NCBI GenBank assembly: GCA_964536245.1
Contig: CAZHVZ010000003.1
Coordinates: forward strand, 26,073-74,599
Length of the DNA: 48,527 nucleotides
Direction: 5' to 3'
DNA from: an uncultured Rhodocyclaceae bacterium
GTDB taxonomy: Bacteria > Pseudomonadota > Gammaproteobacteria > Burkholderiales > Rhodocyclaceae
Shown: piece by piece, positions 42,103 to 48,527 of the stretch
Numbering within the stretch: position 1 is the stretch's first letter
Layout of the letters: every line of letters starts with the position of its first letter
Position numbers and translations under genes: made by a program
The notes under the pieces: generated by a model
Seen by the model: the letters and a program-made list of their open reading frames with translations, nothing else
Told to the model about the DNA's origin: nothing
Database searches by the model: none

Positions 42103-44653
42103 GTGCATAACGTTTGTCCAGACTGATGATGGCCGAGCTGAGCAAGGCGACGCCCAGGATGGCCAGCCATTCGCTGCCGCCAATGGGGGCGGTATGAAAG
42201 ATCCGGTTGAACGGCGGCCAGTAGGTGAACAACAATTGCAGACCGAACATGCTGGTGACACCGAGCCAGATCCAGGGATTGTCAAAGAGGCCGGCAGCCT
42301 TGTCACCGCCATGCAGCGTACGGCAATGAAAGAGATAGAGGCATTCGACCAGGACAAAGAGATTGACCGCTACGGTGCGGGCTTCGGCCAGGCTGTGTCC
42401 GTGCTCCAGTTCAACCAGAAAGAGGCCAAAGGCGCCCCCCAGAAGGAGAAAGGAGACCAGCACGATGCGTCGGATCAGGGTGTGGTCGAGCAACGGGCTA
42501 CCCGGCTGACGGGGCGGGCGACGCATGATTTCAGCATCGATCGGCTCAAACGCCAGGGTCAGGCCGAGCAGGCCGGCGGTAGTCATGTTGATCCAGAGTA
42601 TCTGCAAAGGGGTGATGGGCAGAGTGGTCCCGAACAGGATGGCGGCCACGATGACCAGCCCTTCGCCAAAGTTGGTGGGCAGGGTCCAGGTGATGAATTT
42701 GACCAGGTTGTCCCAGACGCCTCTTCCCTCCTCGATGGCGGCTTCGATCGTGGCGAAATTGTCATCGGTGAGGACCATGGCCGACGCCTCCCGCGCCACC
42801 TCGGTCCCCCCTCTTCCCATGGCCACGCCGATATCCGCCTGCTTGAGCGCTGGCGCATCATTGACCCCGTCGCCGGTCATGGCGACGACTTCTCCGCTCC
42901 GTTGCAAGGCTTGCACCAGGCGCAGCTTTTGCTCCGGTTCGACCCGGGCAAATATATCCGTACGGTGCACGGCTTTAGCCAAGGCGTCTTCATCAAGGCA
43001 GGCCAGTTCACTTCCGGTCAGGCTGGTGTCCGCGTTCAAGCCAAGCTGGCGGGCGATGGCCATGGCCGTCGCGGCATGGTCGCCGGTGATCATCTTGACC
43101 CGGATGCCGGCTGCCTGACAGGCCCGGATAGCCGCCATGGCCTGCGGCCTCGGGGGATCGATCATGCCGATCAGACCATAAAATTCCAGGTCGCCCAGGT
43201 TGTCCTCGTGCAGCGTCCCGTGGCCGGCTACCCGGCGCCCGGCCACCGCCAGTACCCGCATGCCCTGCCCGGCCATTTGCCGGGCGGCAGCCTCAATTTC
43301 CGGGTGGTCACTGCCCGGGCAGCGGGGCAAAAGCCGTTCCACGGCGCCCTTGACGTACAGTACCGCATCGTCTTCCCGCTTGTGCAGGGTTGCCATCAAC
43401 TGCCGGCTGGCATCGAAAGGCAACTCATCGAGTCGGGGCTGATCCAGGGCCGCCTCGGTGGGGTCGCCGGTGATGGCCCATTGCTCGCCCTCGCCGCTCA
43501 GGCTGGCGTCGTTGCACAGCGCCGCCGCCGTCAGGCATTGCCGGAGAGCTTCCGGCTGCTCGCCGAAGTCAAGGATCTGGCCGAGCGGAACATAGGCCTG
43601 ACCATTGACCTCGTGCGCCCTGCCCCGGCACCAAACGGCGCGTACGGTCATGGCGTTTTCGGTCAGGGTGCCGGTCTTGTCGGAACAGATGACCGTAGTG
43701 CTGCCCAGTGTTTCCACCGCCGGCAGATGCCGGATAATGGCCCGGCGCCGGGCCATCCTGGCCACACCTATGGCCAGGGTGATGGTGACGGCAGCCGGTA
43801 GCCCCTCGGGGATGGCGCCCACAGCCAGGGCGACCGCCGCCATGAACATGTCAAAGGCCGCTTCTCCTCGCAGCAGGCCGACGACGAAGGTGACCATGGC
43901 CAGTCCGCCGATGGCCCAAAGCAAGCCATTGGAGAAGGCCGTCATCTTGCGTGTGAGGGGGGTGCTCAGGCTTGGCGTGCGGGCGATCAGGCCGGCAATC
44001 TTTCCTGTTTCCGTCAGATTGCCGGTCGCCACCACCATGCCGCAGCCCTGCCCGGCGACCAGCGTGGTGCCGGCATAAAGCAGGTTTTTCCGTTCTGCCA
44101 GGGAAGTGTTTTCCGGCAACACCTCAACATCTTTGGCGACCGGCAGGGATTCGCCGGTGAGCAGGGATTCGCTGGCTTGCACGGACTTGGCCTGAAACAG
44201 GCGCAGGTCGGCGGGAACCCGGTCGCCGGCGGCGAGCAGAACCACGTCGCCGGGCACCAGTTCGCCGGCATCGAGAGACAGCCGGTGGCCGTTGCGGCGT
44301 ACGACGACGCTGGTGGCAACGCTGCGTGCCAGCGCCGCCAGGGCGCCCTCGGCTCGGGCTTCCTGCCAAGAGCCGATGAGCGCGTTGGCCAGTACGACGG
44401 CGAGAATCACGCTGGCATCGGTCCATTCGCCAAGAAAAGCGGTAATCGTTCCGGCGAGGACCAGGACCAGGACCAGGGGTTGAATCAGTTGTTCGCCAAA
44501 GCGCTTCCACAGGGGTTTGCCGGCAATTTCGTCGAGGCGGTTGCTGCCATGGCGCTGGCGCCGCAGGGTGACCTCGGCATCGCTCAGCCCGCTTGCTGGA
44601 TCAACGTCCAGCGCCTGGGCCACCGCCGCTGCCGAAAGGCCATGCCATTTCAT
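42089..44653 (-). CDS. Cation-translocating P-type ATPase (type II, Ca/Mg-like)
   Basis: I set the start at MKWHGLS (ATG 44651-44653, ATGA overlap with the vanZ stop) rather than listed 45652. The motifs are ICSDKTGTLT, MITGDHAATA and TGDGVNDAPALKQADIG. Confidence 0.9.
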   Translation of the reverse strand: MKWHGLSAAAVAQALDVDPASGLSDAEVTLRRQRHGSNRLDEIAGKPLWKRFGEQLIQPLVLVLVLAGTITAFLGEWTDASVILAVVLANALIGSWQEARAEGALAALARSVATSVVVRRNGHRLSLDAGELVPGDVVLLAAGDRVPADLRLFQAKSVQASESLLTGESLPVAKDVEVLPENTSLAERKNLLYAGTTLVAGQGCGMVVATGNLTETGKIAGLIARTPSLSTPLTRKMTAFSNGLLWAIGGLAMVTFVVGLLRGEAAFDMFMAAVALAVGAIPEGLPAAVTITLAIGVARMARRRAIIRHLPAVETLGSTTVICSDKTGTLTENAMTVRAVWCRGRAHEVNGQAYVPLGQILDFGEQPEALRQCLTAAALCNDASLSGEGEQWAITGDPTEAALDQPRLDELPFDASRQLMATLHKREDDAVLYVKGAVERLLPRCPGSDHPEIEAAARQMAGQGMRVLAVAGRRVAGHGTLHEDNLGDLEFYGLIGMIDPPRPQAMAAIRACQAAGIRVKMITGDHAATAMAIARQLGLNADTSLTGSELACLDEDALAKAVHRTDIFARVEPEQKLRLVQALQRSGEVVAMTGDGVNDAPALKQADIGVAMGRGGTEVAREASAMVLTDDNFATIEAAIEEGRGVWDNLVKFITWTLPTNFGEGLVIVAAILFGTTLPITPLQILWINMTTAGLLGLTLAFEPIDAEIMRRPPRQPGSPLLDHTLIRRIVLVSFLLLGGAFGLFLVELEHGHSLAEARTVAVNLFVLVECLYLFHCRTLHGGDKAAGLFDNPWIWLGVTSMFGLQLLFTYWPPFNRIFHTAPIGGSEWLAILGVALLSSAIISLDKRYARRFT

Positions 44654-45702
44654 GGGCGGCGTCCGGCCAGCAGGAAAAATGGCAGGGTGAGGAAAGGCCA
44701 GAGGGAGGAAACCAGCCGGGTCAGGCCGTTGAAATTGAGGAAGTGACCCTGCCGCCAGGCAGCCAGAGCAGCGGCGGAATAGGGGTTGGGCGGCGCCAGA
44801 TTGACCAGCACGGTCGCCGCCATCAATGCCATGGCGGCGATAATGATGCGCACCGTGGCGGGCAGGAACAGGCTGAGGGCCAGAATGCCCCCACCGGCCA
44901 GCAAACCGAGCCGGGCGCCGGGCGTCAGCCAGGAAAGGGCTTCCCCCGGCCCGATCAGGATGGCCGCAGCGAGGGTGCGAATGAGCAGGCCAAGCAGCAG
45001 GAACGCAGGCACCACGCCATAGGCAAGAGCTGTCGTGGCCATCAGCTGGCGGAGCAGAAGTCCAACCGCCACGGTATTGAGGGCGATGATGACGGCCTCG
45101 ATGGTGACGAAGCGGTCGGCGGCAAAGGGAACCGCACCCACCAGTCCAAAGGTTTGGCGCAGGTCGCCGGCGCCGAACAGGAGAATTTCCGGCGACAGGG
45201 GAACCAGCAGCCACAAACCCAGCAAGGTGAGGCCGAGTTCGGCATGGTCGAGAGGAGCGATCAGGCTCTGCTGCCAGCGCGTGAAGCGGGGGAAAATGCG
45301 CTGGCCGATGGTGTGCGCCAGCAGGGCGCCAAGCAAGGTGCCCACGGCGTTGCAGGCAAGGTCGAGATTGGAGGGGACGCGGGAAGGAAGCCAGGTTTGC
45401 AGGCTTTCCAGTGCAAAGCTGAGGGCGGTGCCGAGTACGACAGTCAGAATGGGCGGGGTGAAGCGGCCCGCCAGCCGGTTGAGAGCGAGGGTGAGGAAAA
45501 AGCCCAGAGGAAGATAGACCGCCACGTTGGCGAGCAGATCGAAAGCGGTCCAGTAACGTGGCCAGCCCCCTTCGAGAAAGGAAAATGGCGAAACTCCGGT
45601 ATCCCGCCACCCGGAAAAAGGATGCAGGCTGCCATAGACGATCAGACTGCACCAGACCAGGGCAAGGTAGCGGGCGAGAAGGATGGGGCCGGAGGACTTC
45701 AT
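44650..45702 (-). CDS. VanZ-family membrane protein with an extended multi-TM C-terminal region
   Basis: The N-terminal roughly 130 aa are VanZ-like (HPFSGWR...DLLANVAVYLPLGFF...SLQTWLPSRVPSNLDLACN). The rest is hydrophobic. Confidence 0.65.
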   Translation of the reverse strand: MKSSGPILLARYLALVWCSLIVYGSLHPFSGWRDTGVSPFSFLEGGWPRYWTAFDLLANVAVYLPLGFFLTLALNRLAGRFTPPILTVVLGTALSFALESLQTWLPSRVPSNLDLACNAVGTLLGALLAHTIGQRIFPRFTRWQQSLIAPLDHAELGLTLLGLWLLVPLSPEILLFGAGDLRQTFGLVGAVPFAADRFVTIEAVIIALNTVAVGLLLRQLMATTALAYGVVPAFLLLGLLIRTLAAAILIGPGEALSWLTPGARLGLLAGGGILALSLFLPATVRIIIAAMALMAATVLVNLAPPNPYSAAALAAWRQGHFLNFNGLTRLVSSLWPFLTLPFFLLAGRRP

Positions 45703-45734
45703 GGGCGGATTTTATGCTGTTCCCGGAGACTACC

Positions 45735-45750
45735 CTACTCCTCGGAGTAG
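45735..45750. promoter_or_regulatory. Palindrome CTACTCC-TC-GGAGTAG in the vanZ / HD-GYP divergent region
   Basis: It is a 7-bp perfect inverted repeat with a 2-nt spacer. Confidence 0.2.
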
Positions 45751-45860
45751 TTCGGGTATCCCCTGTCCGGGTGGATGCGGATGCTTTTGGGCTATCATGC
45801 CAGTTCTCGTCGCTGCACCGTATCCATCAACCCGACTTCCGGCTATCCCCCTATTCATCC

Positions 45861-47174
45861 ATGACGATAGAAAAAGAAAATACGATTTCGGTCGATCAGT
45901 TACAGGTAGGGGTATACGTGTATCTTGACGTGGGCTGGATGCATCATCCCTTCAGCTTCAATAATTTCAAGATTCGGGACGAAGATCAGCTCAGGACCAT
46001 CCGCCAGCTTGGTCTTGAATATGTGCGCTGGGACCCGGCACGAAGTGATCTCAAGCCGTTGCCGAAGGAGGCGGTCACGGATCCGCAAGGCGTGACCGGA
46101 AAGGATGACCCGGAGCCGGTTCCGGAAACTCCCGAGATGGCCGAGGCCCTGGCCAAAAAGCAGGCTGCAATGGCCGCCAAGCTGGAGAGAGTGGAGCGTC
46201 TGAACGAGCATCGGGAGAAACTGGCCAAGGTCGAGCGGGCTTTCTTGAATGCCGCCAATGTGATTCGCGGGATCAACAAAACCATTTATTCCCAACCCGA
46301 AAAAACCGTTTCCGATGCCGGGCAATTGGTCGAGCAGATGGTGGAGGTGTTGCTGGCGGCCCCGGAACTGGCCATTCAGGTGATGGCGGAAAAGCCGGGT
46401 GAGGATGTCTACTTCCATTCCCTCAACGTTTCCGTGCTGTCCATGACGCTGGCCCGGGAACTTGGATTGCCCGCCGAAATTGTTCAAGCGATCGGTGTTG
46501 GCGCCATTTTTCACGATATCGGCTTGAGCGAGGTGCCGGCCAAGATCCTCAACAATCCCGGCACCCTCACCAAGGCGGAGCGGGAGTTTCGCGAACAGCA
46601 CTGCCAGTATGGGCTGGACATGGGCAAAAAGATGAATTTGCCGTCGGCGGTACTCAAGATCATCCAGCAGCACCACGAGTTTTTCGACGGAACGGGCTAT
46701 CCGCGCAAACTCAAGGGTGAGGCCATTGATCCCCTCGCCCGGCTGGTGGCCCTGGTCAATGCCTATGACAATTTGTGCAATCCGGTCAATGTCGCCCAGG
46801 CCATGACGCCCCACGAAGCCCTCTCGCACATGTTCGCCCAGCAGCGCAATCGCTTCGACCCCCGCTTCTTGCAGGCCTTTATCCGCTTCATGGGAGTCTA
46901 TCCGCCGGGCAGCGTGGTGGGGCTGTCCAATGACGCCATCGGTCTGGTCATCAAGGTCAATTCCAGCCGGCCCTTGCGGCCGACCGTCATTGTTTACGAT
47001 GCCGGCATCCCGAAAAGCGAGGCGATCATCCTCGACCTGGAGGAGGAGCCGGACATCAATATCAGTCGCGCCATCAAACCTGCCCAGTTGCCGACGGCGG
47101 TTTTTGAATACCTCAACCCTCGCCGCCGGGTCAGCTATTACTTCGACGCGGCCGGTTCGGCGGGCGGAGCCTGA
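45861..47174 (+). CDS. HD-GYP domain protein with a DUF3391-like N-terminus (c-di-GMP phosphodiesterase family)
   Basis: I set the start at MTIEKEN (ATG 45861), because listed ORF 45558.. overlaps vanZ. The motifs are HDIGL and HHEFFDGTGYP. Confidence 0.85.
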   Translation: MTIEKENTISVDQLQVGVYVYLDVGWMHHPFSFNNFKIRDEDQLRTIRQLGLEYVRWDPARSDLKPLPKEAVTDPQGVTGKDDPEPVPETPEMAEALAKKQAAMAAKLERVERLNEHREKLAKVERAFLNAANVIRGINKTIYSQPEKTVSDAGQLVEQMVEVLLAAPELAIQVMAEKPGEDVYFHSLNVSVLSMTLARELGLPAEIVQAIGVGAIFHDIGLSEVPAKILNNPGTLTKAEREFREQHCQYGLDMGKKMNLPSAVLKIIQQHHEFFDGTGYPRKLKGEAIDPLARLVALVNAYDNLCNPVNVAQAMTPHEALSHMFAQQRNRFDPRFLQAFIRFMGVYPPGSVVGLSNDAIGLVIKVNSSRPLRPTVIVYDAGIPKSEAIILDLEEEPDINISRAIKPAQLPTAVFEYLNPRRRVSYYFDAAGSAGGA

Positions 47175-47179
47175 ATGCC

Positions 47180-48527
47180 ATGAACACCTTGTCAATGATT
47201 GCCGACCGCCTGTTGCTCGATCAGTCGCTTGAGATGCTGCTGGCCGTTGATCCCGCCAGTCTGACCATTGTTGCAGCCAACCGCCGGGTTTCCGAATTGC
47301 TCGGCTATCCGCCGGACAGCCTGATCGGGCGCAGCATTACCGATCTGGAGAGCGCCCTGGCCGATGTTTTTTACTGGGAAGAAGTGCGGCAGGGAGCTTC
47401 CGGTGAAGTGGAGAATGTCGAAGGCCTTTACGTTTGCGCCGATGGCAGCGCTTTACCGGTGGTCAAGAGCATACGCCGTATCGTCAACGAAGGGCGTGAC
47501 TGGCTGGTGCTGCGGGTGCGGGACGAGCGGGGGCTGAAAGGGATCGAGGACAGCATGGCCCTGGTGACCGCCCAGCTTCAGGCGACTCTCGAAGCCACCG
47601 GTGACGGAATTCTGGTGGTCGATACCGAAGGCGGCATCGTCAATATGAACCGCCGTTTCAGCGCCATGTGGAGCATTCCCGAGGCCACCCTGCTGGAGGG
47701 GGACGAGGCGGTCATCGCCTGGCTTGATGGCCGTCTGGCCGATCCTTCCACAGGTATTTTCCGGAACATGGCGAAGCAGATTGACGAAGAAACTTTTGAT
47801 CTGGTCGAACTGGCCTGCGGTCGATTTTTCGAGCGCCGGTCGCGTCCCCAGACAACGCGTCACCAGGTCATTGGCCGGGTTTTCAGCTTCCATGATATTA
47901 CCGACCGCGTGCTCAGCGAACGGGAGTTGATCGGGTCGCGGGAAAAGGCGGAACAGGCCAATCGCGCCAAGAGCGATTTTCTGGCCATGATGTCCCACGA
48001 AATCCGTACCCCGATGAATGGCGTCATCGGCATGACCGGCCTCCTGCTCGAAACCGAACTGGATGCCGAGCAGCGCCAGTTCGGGGAAATTATCCGGGTC
48101 AGCGCCGAGGCCCTGCTTTCCATCGTCAATGACGTGCTGGATTTCTCCAAGATCGAGGCACGCAAGCTGTCCCTCGAATATATCGATTTCAATCTCTTTT
48201 CCCTGCTTGAGGATTTCGCCGATCTCTATTCCATCCGGGCGGCGGAAAAACAGCTCGAATTTGCCTGGTCCATTGAACCCGAGGCTCCCGTTCTGCTCCA
48301 TGGCGATCCGGGGCGCTTGCGCCAGATACTGATCAATCTGGTGGGCAATGCCATCAAATTCACCCAGTCCGGAGGCGTCAGCGTTTCGGTCGGCAGCTGG
48401 GCGAGCAAGGAGAAATCGGTTGTCCTGCGTTTTGAAGTGACCGATACCGGGGTGGGGATTCCGCAAAACCGCCTCGACGCGATTTTCAAGCCTTTTGAAC
48501 AGGCGGATAGCTCCACCACCCGCAAAT
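47180..48527 (+). CDS. PAS-PAS sensor histidine kinase, 3' end cut by the window edge
   Basis: This gene is absent from the ORF track because it has no stop in the window. My manual translation is open from ATG 47180 to the end and reads MNTLSMIADRLL...[21 protein letters not shown]...LINLVGNAIKFT...DTGVGIP. Confidence 0.85.
   Translation, partial: MNTLSMIADRLLLDQSLEMLLAVDPASLTIVAANRRVSELLGYPPDSLIGRSITDLESALADVFYWEEVRQGASGEVENVEGLYVCADGSALPVVKSIRRIVNEGRDWLVLRVRDERGLKGIEDSMALVTAQLQATLEATGDGILVVDTEGGIVNMNRRFSAMWSIPEATLLEGDEAVIAWLDGRLADPSTGIFRNMAKQIDEETFDLVELACGRFFERRSRPQTTRHQVIGRVFSFHDITDRVLSERELIGSREKAEQANRAKSDFLAMMSHEIRTPMNGVIGMTGLLLETELDAEQRQFGEIIRVSAEALLSIVNDVLDFSKIEARKLSLEYIDFNLFSLLEDFADLYSIRAAEKQLEFAWSIEPEAPVLLHGDPGRLRQILINLVGNAIKFTQSGGVSVSVGSWASKEKSVVLRFEVTDTGVGIPQNRLDAIFKPFEQADSSTTRK

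Noticed and set aside
44654-45652. N-terminal 333-aa extension of the listed 1187-aa ORF 42089..45652
   Set aside because: The extension is a Pro/Arg/Gly-rich out-of-frame read across the vanZ-like gene. The ATPase family sequence begins at MKWHGLS (ATG 44653), which also gives an ATGA junction with vanZ.
42194-45750. Plus-strand ORFs 42194..43801 (535 aa) and 44593..45750 (385 aa)
   Set aside because: They are antisense to the P-type ATPase and vanZ. They are low-complexity with no motifs.
45558-45860. Upstream 101-codon extension of the HD-GYP ORF
   Set aside because: It overlaps the vanZ coding region on the opposite strand and has no family similarity. The DUF3391-like sequence begins at ATG 45861.
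45900-48466. Minus-strand ORFs 45900..47195 (431 aa) and 47453..48466 (337 aa)
   Set aside because: They are antisense to the HD-GYP gene and to the plus-strand PAS histidine kinase I translated manually. The plus-strand products carry clear HD-GYP and H-box/HATPase motifs, and the minus-strand ones carry none.

Overview
This is a high-GC proteobacterial chromosome segment. Gene order and protein families suggest a betaproteobacterium (Rhodocyclales/Nitrosomonadales-like), but that is inference only. The core is the replication-origin neighbourhood. gyrB, dnaN and dnaA lie on the minus strand without recF, and the dnaA-dnaN spacer is AT-rich and carries DnaA boxes. rpmH-rnpA-yidD-yidC-mnmE runs divergently on the plus strand. 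The left flank holds topB (5' partial), oxyR, an rsuA-like gene, a DUF1857-like ORF, ybiT, an SPFH protein, gshA-gshB-apbE, a GGDEF-EAL sensor and two SBP-like paralogs, one truncated. Right of mnmE is a visibly lower-GC islet encoding a serralysin-like/DUF4214 metalloprotease and an orphan ClpP-fold protein. Next comes a translationally coupled MFP-RND-DUF3240-OMP efflux operon with a QseB/PmrA-like two-component pair, then hemolysin-III, TauE and CsgG-like membrane genes. A long minus-strand array follows: vanZ, P-type ATPase, ferredoxin, hydrolase, sensor kinase, cutA, dsbD. The window ends with an HD-GYP protein and a 3'-partial PAS sensor kinase that is missing from the ORF track. I recognised no rRNA, tRNA, CRISPR, transposase or integrase. 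I did not find a convincing complete novel multi-gene system. The points most worth a second look are: (1) the two-protease low-GC islet; (2) apparent internal deletions or frameshifts in yidC, the metalloprotease and possibly the ATPase; (3) an exact PmrA-type box upstream of the efflux operon; (4) a palindromic 14-mer present three times at gene boundaries; (5) an Hpt-like domain lacking its His. The many long antisense ORFs look like high-GC shadow frames.
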